Under the pieces are notes generated by a model. It searched no databases, was not told the DNA's origin, and was given only the letters and a program-made list of their open reading frames with translations. From Gemmatimonas sp. (GTDB taxonomy: Bacteria > Gemmatimonadota > Gemmatimonadetes > Gemmatimonadales > Gemmatimonadaceae), in contig OZ257156.1 of NCBI GenBank assembly GCA_965279375.1, positions 4,160,001-4,224,000 of the forward strand: a DNA stretch of 64,000 bases, read 5' to 3'. Positions 49,101 to 57,954 of the stretch are shown here, piece after piece (position 1 is the first letter of the stretch; every line of letters starts with the position of its first letter). The translations under genes and the position numbers were made by a program.

Positions 49101-50015
49101 TCAGCGAAAGAGTTCCGCAAGATCCTGCACGAAGAGCGATCGCGTGGTTGGCTGTACTCCGGCCAGCCACGCCGCCTCGCCGATCAGTTGCGCTGGCGTT
49201 GCGCCGCCCTGACGGCGCTCACGCAATGACGTGTCGCCGTTGGCCTTGCTCAGCTTCGTGCCATCAGGGCGCAGGAGCAGTCCGTGGTGGCACAAGAGCG
49301 GCATCTGCGATCGTCCCATCAGTCGCGCCAACTGCTGCTGCCGTCCGGTACTTGCGGCCAAGTCTTCGCCGCGAATGATCACGTCGATTCCCTGCGCGGC
49401 ATCGTCGACCGTGACGGCGAACTGATATGTCCAGTTGGCGTGGCGATCGCGCACCAGCACGTCACCGCACTGGGCCGACGGTTGCTGCGACTGTACGCCA
49501 AGTCGCACATCATCGAAGACTTCGGTGTGCGGCGCCAGTTGCACACGACGCGCGAACGTTTGCGCAAACGACAAACCGCGGTCCCTGCACGTACCCGGAT
49601 ACCGAAGCTCCTCGCTTCTCTCGCGACCGGCGACCAGCGCGATGTCGCGGCGCGTGCAGTCGCAGGCGTAGACCAGTCCTGCTGCCTGCAACGACGACAG
49701 CGCGGCATCGTAGCGAGCGTTGGAGTCGGACTGTCGCGGCGCCTCGCTGTCGGCGTCGAAGCCGAGCCACTCGAGATCCTCACGCAACGCCTGTTCGTAT
49801 TCGGGGCGACAGCGTGTGCGATCATGATCCTCGATGCGCAGCACGATCTGTCCGCCGTACGCGCGTGCGATGCCCCAGACGTGCAGCGCGTTGACCAGAT
49901 GACCGAGATGCAGATAGCCGGTCGGTGCGGGAGCGAATCGGGTCTGCCATCCTGCTGCAGGCAGCATCGCTTTCAATCGTGCGACGAGCGCCGCATGCGG
50001 CGGCACGCGTGTCAT
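49101..50015 (-). CDS. gluQ: Glutamyl-Q tRNA(Asp) synthetase (GluRS catalytic-domain paralog)
   Basis: RFAPAPTGYLHLGH, RIEDHD, CDC..YPGTC, VDD..QG..IIRGEDL, KLSK. Only 304 aa, with no anticodon-binding domain. Confidence 0.85.
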   Translation of the reverse strand: MTRVPPHAALVARLKAMLPAAGWQTRFAPAPTGYLHLGHLVNALHVWGIARAYGGQIVLRIEDHDRTRCRPEYEQALREDLEWLGFDADSEAPRQSDSNARYDAALSSLQAAGLVYACDCTRRDIALVAGRERSEELRYPGTCRDRGLSFAQTFARRVQLAPHTEVFDDVRLGVQSQQPSAQCGDVLVRDRHANWTYQFAVTVDDAAQGIDVIIRGEDLAASTGRQQQLARLMGRSQMPLLCHHGLLLRPDGTKLSKANGDTSLRERRQGGATPAQLIGEAAWLAGVQPTTRSLFVQDLAELFR

Positions 50016-50022
50016 CGTGTCG

Positions 50023-50463
50023 CTACTTCCAGCTCACGATATCCGCAGCGTCGCCCGTGCCACCTGCAACGCCATCTGCCCCGTACGACAACAGGTCGTA
50101 GCTCGCAGGGTTGATGCGACCGGGCGCGACGTACACGTAGTCGTGTCCCCACGGGTCCTGCGGCACCGGCTTGCGCAGATACGGAGCGCGCCAGTTGTTG
50201 GGCGGATCGATGCTCGGTCGCTGCCACAGCGCACCGAGCCCCTGCGCCGACGTGGGATACGCGCCGTTGTCGAGGCGATACGCGTCGAGCGCCGTGCCGA
50301 ACGATTCGATCTGCGTCTTTGCGGTGGAGACTCGCGCATCGCCGACGTTTCGAAAGATGCTGGGCGCCACGAAGGTCGCGAGAATCGCGATCACGACGAT
50401 GACCACCAACACTTCGATCAGCGTGAAGCCTCGACGAGCACGCGTCATCTTGTGCGCCATCAC
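50023..50463 (-). CDS. gspG: Type II secretion major pseudopilin
   Basis: RGFTLIEVLVV prepilin site, ALDAYRLDNG.YPT..QGL.AL, DPWG..Y.Y, SYGADG..GG.G..ADI. Confidence 0.92.
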   Translation of the reverse strand: MMAHKMTRARRGFTLIEVLVVIVVIAILATFVAPSIFRNVGDARVSTAKTQIESFGTALDAYRLDNGAYPTSAQGLGALWQRPSIDPPNNWRAPYLRKPVPQDPWGHDYVYVAPGRINPASYDLLSYGADGVAGGTGDAADIVSWK

Positions 50464-50476
50464 GGCGGCGCGACGA

Positions 50477-51196
50477 TCAGAGTCCGCGGGTACGGTTCGA
50501 ATCCGGTTCGAACAGGCGGGGATCCGCCCACCCGGTCACATCGGTGGACTTGACCAAGCGCCACCCTGCGCGCGTGGTGCCAAGCATTGCACGCGACGAC
50601 GGATTGATCACGCCGACCACGTTGCCACCGCGACTCGCATCGTTGCGCACGTTCACCCACGTGCGCGCGACCGCCGGCGTCCACTGAATCGAGTCACTCG
50701 CCGACGCGACCATGGTACCTGCGGCGATGCCGTCCGCCGTCACTGTGCTGTCCGTCGTCAACGCCGAGTCCACCGGCATGGTCTCCGACGGCGACGCTTC
50801 CGTGGGAGAAGCAACCTGCGCAACTGTCGCAACAGGAACACCCGAGACGTTGTTCTCCGTGCGCACGCCCGGTGCGAACACGCGCGCGATCACCAACTGC
50901 GCCGTGTCGCGAATGGGCGCGCGGTAACTCCACGCACCAAATCCGGTTGCACATATTGCAGCAACACCCGCCGCCACGCCCAGCACCTTGGACGACGGCC
51001 ACGAAGACGCGGGCTGCTCGCCGCACCAATGACAGGCGCGATCGCGCCGATGCATGATGCCGCAGCTGCGACATGACTTCAGTTGTGCGCGGAATCCGCG
51101 AGCGTCCGTGAGATCGAAGGCGGCGGCGCATCGCGGACATTGCGATGCAGCACTCAACGCCTTCGCCCCACACGCTTCACACCGGAGGTAACCCAT
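50477..51196 (-). CDS. Double zinc-ribbon / TM / SH3-like protein
   Basis: Four CxxC pairs at the N-terminus, hydrophobic helix, S/T/A linker, WVNVR...GW..V....GW SH3b-like end. Confidence 0.65.
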   Translation of the reverse strand: MGYLRCEACGAKALSAASQCPRCAAAFDLTDARGFRAQLKSCRSCGIMHRRDRACHWCGEQPASSWPSSKVLGVAAGVAAICATGFGAWSYRAPIRDTAQLVIARVFAPGVRTENNVSGVPVATVAQVASPTEASPSETMPVDSALTTDSTVTADGIAAGTMVASASDSIQWTPAVARTWVNVRNDASRGGNVVGVINPSSRAMLGTTRAGWRLVKSTDVTGWADPRLFEPDSNRTRGL

Positions 51197-51245
51197 AGCT
51201 CGTCAGCAGGTTCAAAGAGGAACCGGAAACATGGGACGAATCACG

Positions 51246-51273
51246 ATTCTGCGAAACAGGGAGTTTTCGTCAA
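51246..51273 (-). promoter_or_regulatory. Putative sigma70-type promoter of the Zn-ribbon/gspG/gluQ unit
   Basis: Minus strand TTGACG-N16-CAGAAT. Confidence 0.45.
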
Positions 51274-51384
51274 CAGCCAGAATTTTGCACCTTGTGACGC
51301 CGTTGCGACATAGGGGAAACGCTGTTGCCTGCACTCGCGAATACCGCGCCCTGGTGTGCGTTGGATGGGCCGCGCTTCATCCGC

Positions 51385-52491
51385 CTATGCGGCTCGCGCC
51401 TTCCGATCCAGCGCATCCTGACTGGCTCGCGGGTCACCCGAAAGCTGGCCCAGGCTCCAGATCGCGTCATAGTCGAGAGCTCCGCCGTCCTGCTCCAGCT
51501 TGAGCACCTTCGACGCTAGAAAGAGCGACTCGGCCAGCGGATGCACCAACGCGGGGCGTTCGCGCCGGTGATGCGAGCCGATCGCGTCCGCCGCGCGCGC
51601 CCCCAGCCCCCAGCGGTGTGCAGCGAGTGCCCCCAGCGGTTCGTGGAGCTGATCGAGCAAGACCATCAGCCAGCCATCGGGGATCAGGACCGGCTTTCGG
51701 TTGGTCAGTCGCAGACTCGAGATGCGGTCAAAGATCACCAGCTTCCCCACGTCGTGCAGCAGCGCCACGGCAAACGCTTCCTCGGGGTCTGCGCCGAAGT
51801 TGGGGGCGACCGTACGAGCAACCGGCCCCGAATCGATCATATGGGCCCACGCCGCGGCCAGCATCGTGTCGTAGGCGCCGCCAGGCTTGCTCAGGAGTCC
51901 GTCCACGCAGGCGGCGAGTACCACCGCTCGAGTGCCCGCAATGCCGATGCGGTCGATCGCCGCGTCCACGCGGAGAATCGGCGACAGGCCAGCCCCGTAG
52001 AACGCGCCGTTGGCCTGACGCAGGAGTCCCTGGACCAACGAGGGATCGCGACTCAGACGAGATGCCAACTCCACCCGCGCGATCGACTCGTTGTCGCACA
52101 GCGCCATGGCATCTCGTGCGGCGGCCGGCAGTTGGCGGATCATCTGCTCGGGGGGAGCCGTGAGCAGGTCCAACAGACTGAACGCGTCGGGCCACTGGGC
52201 GGCGCTCGAATCCTGCGTCCACTCGCGACGAATGCGCTCGATCAGGTGGTGCGAGCGTTCTTCCCAGTACACCGCGTCACGCGCGGCCCATGCAGCCATT
52301 GGAGGCGCCGGGAGTGGGGCGGCAGCCGGTCGCGAAATCTCGGGACGCGGGACCTCGTGCGCTCCGGGTGTCGCGGCCGGTGTAATCGTCGGGCCGGTGG
52401 GACTGGCGGGAGCGGTCGCGCGCGCGGGCGTCTTCGCCACGGACGGTGCCGCAGGGGCACGTCCAAGCAGTCGCGAGATGAATCCAAGCAT
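51385..52491 (-). CDS. HDOD domain protein (paralog 1)
   Basis: DPSLVQGLLRQAN, AIDRIG, AFAVALLHDVGKL, HEPLGA..HRWGL, IGSHH. Confidence 0.9.
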   Translation of the reverse strand: MLGFISRLLGRAPAAPSVAKTPARATAPASPTGPTITPAATPGAHEVPRPEISRPAAAPLPAPPMAAWAARDAVYWEERSHHLIERIRREWTQDSSAAQWPDAFSLLDLLTAPPEQMIRQLPAAARDAMALCDNESIARVELASRLSRDPSLVQGLLRQANGAFYGAGLSPILRVDAAIDRIGIAGTRAVVLAACVDGLLSKPGGAYDTMLAAAWAHMIDSGPVARTVAPNFGADPEEAFAVALLHDVGKLVIFDRISSLRLTNRKPVLIPDGWLMVLLDQLHEPLGALAAHRWGLGARAADAIGSHHRRERPALVHPLAESLFLASKVLKLEQDGGALDYDAIWSLGQLSGDPRASQDALDRKARAA

Positions 52492-52727
52492 GAGCAAGGG
52501 AAAGGGATGGCGGAGACCGCGTGAGCCGCATGCCGACGGGCCAACCACTCGCGCACGTTGCGCTTGGACGGCCCTCTTCAGAGACGGTCTACGTCCCAGG
52601 ATGTAACTGTGCGATCGCTACATCCCTTCCCTGCTGCGACTTCCAGAAACCAAGTCGGCGAGCGCGGTGACACTCGCCGTCAGCATAACCCGCGGCGCAC
52701 GCAGCGCCGGTGCCGCGAACGTACAGC

Positions 52728-53777
52728 CTAGTGCTTCGTCAGCTGCCGCTCGATGATGCCGCGCGCGTGCGTCTGGTCGCCCGTCAGCTCTCCCTGCTCC
52801 CACAGCCCGAAGAGATCGAGTGGCTCACCGCGTGAGACCGCACCAGCCAGATGCTCGGCGACAAACAGCGTCTCGGCCAGCGGATGCCGCTCGGCGGGCG
52901 TGTCACGGCGGTGGTGCGTACCAATGGCGTCGGCGGCGTCGATGCCAAGTCCCCAGCGGTGCGCCGCCACTGCGCCGAGCGTTTCGTGCAGCTCCCGAAT
53001 GACGATGTCGAGCCAGCCGTCCGGCAATGCGACATTGCGACGATTCGCCGTGCGCACCGCCGAGATACGGTCGAATACGATCAGTTTGCCCACGTCGTGC
53101 AGCAGCGCGACGGAAAACGCTTCTTCACCGTCCGCCGAGAAGGCCGGCGCGAGCGCCCGTGCGATGGGGCCCGTGTTGACCATGTGCTGCCACGCCGAGG
53201 CGAGCATGCCGTCGTAGGCCCCGCCCGGCTTGCTCAGCAGTCCGTCCACCGATGCCGCCACGACCACCGCACGCGTACCTGCCATGCCGATGCGATCGAT
53301 GGCCGCATCCACCCGAAGAATGGGCGCGAGTCCGGCGCCGTACGAAGCGCTGTTGGCTTGCCGCAGCAGTCCCTGCACGAGTGAAGGATCTGTGCTGCGC
53401 CGGTCGACGAGTTCATGTCGCGGCAGATTGTCCTTCTCACAGAGCGCCATGGCATCACGCGCGGCAGCCGGCAGCTGGCGAATCACTTCTTCAGGGGGCG
53501 CCGACAGCTGATCGATGAGGCTGATCATGTCCGGCCACTTGGCCGCATCTTCCGCCTGACTCCACTCCTCGCGCAACAGAGACAACGCTCTCGTCGTGCG
53601 ATCTGTCCAATACGACGCATCGCGCGCCAACCATACGAGACCGTTGCCACGAGACTCTTCGGTTGCGGACTCGTACGCCTGCAAAATCTCTTCAGGTCGC
53701 CGCGGCGCGCGCTGGGGCGTAGACTCTACGGGACGCTGCTCGTTCCCACCGAAGAGTTTGGAAAAGAAGTTGGCCAT
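52728..53777 (-). CDS. HDOD domain protein (paralog 2)
   Basis: Same motifs as its neighbour (ALLHDVGKL, HETLGA..HRWGL, IGTHH). Start MANFFSKLFG. Confidence 0.9.
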   Translation of the reverse strand: MANFFSKLFGGNEQRPVESTPQRAPRRPEEILQAYESATEESRGNGLVWLARDASYWTDRTTRALSLLREEWSQAEDAAKWPDMISLIDQLSAPPEEVIRQLPAAARDAMALCEKDNLPRHELVDRRSTDPSLVQGLLRQANSASYGAGLAPILRVDAAIDRIGMAGTRAVVVAASVDGLLSKPGGAYDGMLASAWQHMVNTGPIARALAPAFSADGEEAFSVALLHDVGKLIVFDRISAVRTANRRNVALPDGWLDIVIRELHETLGAVAAHRWGLGIDAADAIGTHHRRDTPAERHPLAETLFVAEHLAGAVSRGEPLDLFGLWEQGELTGDQTHARGIIERQLTKH

Positions 53778-53987
53778 TCTGAAAGACTTTGCTGAAATCG
53801 GATTCGGGAACGTTCCAGTGCCGCGCAGAGTCTCGGCAGTCACTGAGACAAACTTCATGAAATCGAGGTTATGTCCCAAGCGCGAACATAACTTTGTGAC
53901 AGAGCATACTCGCACTGGAACGGCCTCTACAGCAAGCTCTCTCTTTCGAGAGAATCCCACCTTGGACTTCGTCCCAAAACCGTCCCA

Positions 53988-56390
53988 GTGATCGCACTCA
54001 TTTCCGCCGCACTGTTACTCCGCGCGGCCCTCCCGGCAGACGCGGCCCATCGCCTCCGCGCAACGGAGCCTACCGTACCAATTCACACCGGTCCGGTGTT
54101 CGATGGGCGGAGAGGCGGCCTCAAGGTTCCGCTTCCTCGCCAGGAGGGGGCCATCACGCTCGATGGCTCGCTGGCCGAGCCGGAGTGGAGCAAGGCCGCG
54201 CTGCTGACCGGGTTCTCCCAGTTCTTCCCCAACGACGGCATCGCCGCGCCCGACAGCACCGAGGTGCTGGTGTGGTATTCGGCGACCGAATTGCACGTCG
54301 GTGTGCGCGCCTTTGCGGCGCCGGGCACCGTCCGCGCCACGTTGTCCGATCGCGACAAGATCACGCAGGACGACAACGTCCAGCTGTTTCTGGGCACCTA
54401 CGGCGACAGTCGACAGGCGCTGGTCTTCGGCGTCAACCCGTTCGGTATTCAGAGCGACGGTGTGCTCACCGAAACTGGCGCGAGCACGAGCGCCGGGTTT
54501 GGAGGCGGTACCCCCAAGGCTCGTGAGAGCACCGACCTCGCGCCTGACTATGTGTGGCGGTCCAAGGGTGCGGTGCGTGAGTGGGGCTATGAAGTGGAAA
54601 TCACCATTCCGTTCAAGAGCCTGCGCTATCGCGCCGGCGACGAGCAGCAATGGCAGCTGCATGTCATCCGCACGGTGCAGTCGAGTGGCTTTGAGGAGAG
54701 TTGGGCGCCGGCGCTGCGAGCGAGCGCCAGCTTTCTCGCGCAATCGGGTCGCCTCACCGGGCTGCGCGACCTGCGCCGCGGCCTGACGCTCGACCTGATC
54801 CCGACGATCACGTCGAGTGCCAACGGCACCCCCAACGCGACCACCGCGAAATGGGGCTACGAAACGTCGCGGCCAGAAATCGGTGGCAGTGTGCGCTGGG
54901 GCGTGACCAGCAATCTGACCGTGGCGGGCACCGCCAATCCCGATTTCTCGCAGGTCGAGGCGGATGCCACACAGTTCTCGCTCGACCCGCGCCAAGCGGT
55001 GTTCTTCGCGGAACGTCGTCCGTTCTTTCTCGAAAGTCAGGAACAGTTCACGACGCCCAATCGGCTGATCTACACGCGCCGCGTCGTGCAGCCGATCGCC
55101 GCCACCAAGCTGACCGGCAAGCACGAAGGATTCGACATCGGCGTGCTGTCTGCAGTGGACAGCAAGGATGCCTCGTACGACGGCAAGCACTCGCCAGTGT
55201 TCAACCTCGTGCGCCTGCAGCGGGACCTTGGCAAGCAAAGCCGTATCGGACTCGCGTACACCGACAAGATCGATGGCGATCGCTGGAACCGGGTGATCGG
55301 CGTGGACGGTCGCCTGGTGCGCGGCATCTTCAGCTTGCAGTCGCAAGTCGCCGGCAGCTTCACGGGAGCGAATGGCACCACCAGCAAAGCACCGCTCTGG
55401 AACACCACCGCGACGGTGAACGGCAAGCGATTCTACGCCAACTACGTGGCGAATGGCATCAGCCCCGACTTCGACGCGCAGAGCGGCTTCATTGCGCGTC
55501 CGGGCATCGCCAACCTGTCGGCGACGCATCAGTGGCGGATGTTCGGCAAGCCGGGCGCACTCGTGGAAGCGCTGGTGCCCGAGATCTACATGCTCGGTCG
55601 ATATCGCTACGATGACCTCGTGAACGGCCACGGCGCGCAGGATCGCCAGCTGCACTTCCGCAACAACACGCGGCTCCGGGGCGGATGGCAACTGGGTGGC
55701 CAACTGCTGCTCGAAGAGTTCGGCTACGACGTGCCGCTCTACAGCAACTACCGCATCATTCGTCCGCGCGCGGGTGGTGCGGACACGCTCAAATACACCG
55801 GCACCAAGGTGCTCCCCAATCGCGACTGGGTGGCCAGCATCAGCACGCCGGAGTTCCGTCGCTTCTCGTTCAATACGTTCTACCTGTTCGGCAAGGACGA
55901 GAACTTCCCCGAGTGGTCCACGGCCGACGTGGTCATCACGCAGGGGACGCTCAACGTGCGCCCGACGGAGCAGCTCCGCATCTCGGGGACGTGGAACATC
56001 GAGTCATACGACCGGCAGACGGATGGCACGCGCGTGCTGAGCCGCGAGACGCGCCGCCTGCGGACGGAGTATCAGGTCACGCGACAGATTTTTGTGCGCG
56101 TCATCGGCGAAGTGACGCTGCTCGCGCAGGATGCGTTGCGCGACGACTCGCGCACGGGCGCGCCGGTCTACTTCGCCGGCGCCAACGGCACGCTCACTCG
56201 TGCGACCGCGTTCGAGCGGCGTCGTGGTCGGCTCGACTTCCTCTTCTCGTATTTGCCGTCGCCGGGCAACATCGTCTATCTGGGATACGGCGATGCGTTG
56301 CGCGCAGACAAGCCCGAAGGACCGGATCGGTTGCAGCGTTCGCGCGATGTGTTCTTCGCCAAGTTGAGCTACCTCTTCCGCGTGCAGTGA
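53988..56390 (+). CDS. DUF5916-like outer-membrane protein with N-terminal CBM9-like domain
   Basis: LDGSLAEPEW, VNPFGIQSD, VEITIPFKSLRY, NPDFSQVEAD, FFAERRPFFLE, YTRR, C-terminal KLSYLF. Confidence 0.8.
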   Translation: MIALISAALLLRAALPADAAHRLRATEPTVPIHTGPVFDGRRGGLKVPLPRQEGAITLDGSLAEPEWSKAALLTGFSQFFPNDGIAAPDSTEVLVWYSATELHVGVRAFAAPGTVRATLSDRDKITQDDNVQLFLGTYGDSRQALVFGVNPFGIQSDGVLTETGASTSAGFGGGTPKARESTDLAPDYVWRSKGAVREWGYEVEITIPFKSLRYRAGDEQQWQLHVIRTVQSSGFEESWAPALRASASFLAQSGRLTGLRDLRRGLTLDLIPTITSSANGTPNATTAKWGYETSRPEIGGSVRWGVTSNLTVAGTANPDFSQVEADATQFSLDPRQAVFFAERRPFFLESQEQFTTPNRLIYTRRVVQPIAATKLTGKHEGFDIGVLSAVDSKDASYDGKHSPVFNLVRLQRDLGKQSRIGLAYTDKIDGDRWNRVIGVDGRLVRGIFSLQSQVAGSFTGANGTTSKAPLWNTTATVNGKRFYANYVANGISPDFDAQSGFIARPGIANLSATHQWRMFGKPGALVEALVPEIYMLGRYRYDDLVNGHGAQDRQLHFRNNTRLRGGWQLGGQLLLEEFGYDVPLYSNYRIIRPRAGGADTLKYTGTKVLPNRDWVASISTPEFRRFSFNTFYLFGKDENFPEWSTADVVITQGTLNVRPTEQLRISGTWNIESYDRQTDGTRVLSRETRRLRTEYQVTRQIFVRVIGEVTLLAQDALRDDSRTGAPVYFAGANGTLTRATAFERRRGRLDFLFSYLPSPGNIVYLGYGDALRADKPEGPDRLQRSRDVFFAKLSYLFRVQ

Positions 56391-56412
56391 GCAGGCCGCA
56401 CGCTTCTTCAAG

Positions 56413-57795
56413 GTGACCGGAATGCGTCAGTCGAGTTGGTTACGACGATCCTCGTGGTACGCCGTCGCGCTGCTGTTCGCGGGCAGCGCTTGCGCCGGTG
56501 GCGATGCTCCGTCCACCGGGACCGCGCCGCCGACCGTTCCCGACGGCACCTTCGCGCGCATCCAGACGCAGATCCTCGATCCGGCCTGCGTCTCCTGCCA
56601 CAAGAGCGGCGACGCCAATGCGCGACAGTCCGGTCTCGTGCTCACGGCGGATTCGTCGTACCAGCAGCTCGTGGGTATGCCGTCGTTGCAGCAGATCGCA
56701 CGCGCAGACGGCATTCCGCGAGTGAAGGCGTTTCGCAGCGACAGCTCGCTGTTCTTTCACAAGCTCGCGTGGATTCCGGGGCATCACAGCCGAGACTATG
56801 GCAACCTGATGCCGATGGGCACGACGCAGGGGCTCACGGCGGGGCAGCTCGAGTATGTGCGCCGCTGGATCGAAGCTGGCGCACCGCGTAGCGGGCATGT
56901 GGTCGATACGCTCGTGCTGCGCGATAACCGCGTGCAGTCCGCCACGTTCACGCCGCTACCAGAGCCCAGCACCGCCGGCCTTCAGCTCAAGGTGGACAGC
57001 TTTGCCGTGACGCCCAGCAGCGAACGCGAGCTGTTCGTGATGCGCCGCGTGGGCAACGCGAGCGACTTGTACGTGACGCGCATCGAGTCGCGCATGCGTC
57101 CAGGCAGCCATCATCTGCTGCTTTACACGTTCGACGAAAAGAACACAGCGTTTCCCTGCAACACGCGACCGCAGGCGAACGTGGTGCGCGACATCCGCAA
57201 TCGTGACGGCACGCTGAACATCCTGAACATGCTGCCGATGGCATGTCACGTGTACTTCGCCGGCGCGATGACGCCCGAGTTCGACTATCGGTTTCCCGCA
57301 GGCGTCGCACTCAAGTTGCCGGCCAACACGACCCTCGACTTCAACGTGCATTACGTGAATCGCTCACCGGCCGATCTGCCCGGCGAAGCGTACGCGAATC
57401 TCTACACGACGCCGCTCTCGCAGGTGCAGACGGTGGCACGCACGCTCAACCTGGCCAACACCGACCTCACGTTGCCGCCGGGCAAGCGCACGACCATCAT
57501 GAAGGCGTTCCCCACCAACGTGCGCCTGACGATTCTTGGCTTGACGTCGCACATGCACTCGATGGGCGAGCGCTTCGAGATTCGCGTGCGACGCGCGAAT
57601 GGCGCGGAAACGACGGTCTATACGAATACCGATTGGGAGCATCCCGGGTTCGTGAACTTCGCGACGCCGCTGGTGCTGGATCCGGGCGATGCGCTCGTGT
57701 CCGTCGTGACATGGAACAACGTCACCAGCCGAACGATCACGTTTGGTCTCGCGAGTACAGATGAGATGGACATCATTTTCGGGTACGCGTATTGA
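56413..57795 (+). CDS. Lipoprotein: cytochrome c domain fused to a type II copper monooxygenase-like (PHM/DBH) domain
   Basis: Lipobox GSAC; CVSCH plus LMPMG and RWIEAGAP; SHHLLLY, NVHYVN, SHMH, DEMD. Confidence 0.78.
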   Translation: MTGMRQSSWLRRSSWYAVALLFAGSACAGGDAPSTGTAPPTVPDGTFARIQTQILDPACVSCHKSGDANARQSGLVLTADSSYQQLVGMPSLQQIARADGIPRVKAFRSDSSLFFHKLAWIPGHHSRDYGNLMPMGTTQGLTAGQLEYVRRWIEAGAPRSGHVVDTLVLRDNRVQSATFTPLPEPSTAGLQLKVDSFAVTPSSERELFVMRRVGNASDLYVTRIESRMRPGSHHLLLYTFDEKNTAFPCNTRPQANVVRDIRNRDGTLNILNMLPMACHVYFAGAMTPEFDYRFPAGVALKLPANTTLDFNVHYVNRSPADLPGEAYANLYTTPLSQVQTVARTLNLANTDLTLPPGKRTTIMKAFPTNVRLTILGLTSHMHSMGERFEIRVRRANGAETTVYTNTDWEHPGFVNFATPLVLDPGDALVSVVTWNNVTSRTITFGLASTDEMDIIFGYAY

Positions 57796-57954
57796 GCGCC
57801 GCGCGGTCGTCGTGACTCGCGTGCAGATAGGAGACATGCCCGCCGCGTGAGTTGAGCAATCCCGTTACGGGACTGGAACGATTCCATCACGTCGGCGTTG
57901 ACACGCCCGACCGATACCTCCGTGTTCGTTGTTTGCCCCCTACACGGAGCGCTC

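Noticed and set aside
49101..50015. Truncated gltX pseudogene
   Set aside because: Length and intact motifs fit GluQ.
53395..53410. HDOD paralog 2 as a pseudogene (DRRSTDP where paralog 1 has SRLSRDP)
   Set aside because: Only local substitutions; the frame and other motifs are intact.
27195..57869. GTTAC/GTAAC pentamer recurring in several intergenic regions
   Set aside because: Too short, with inconsistent spacing and orientation, to distinguish from chance without statistics.
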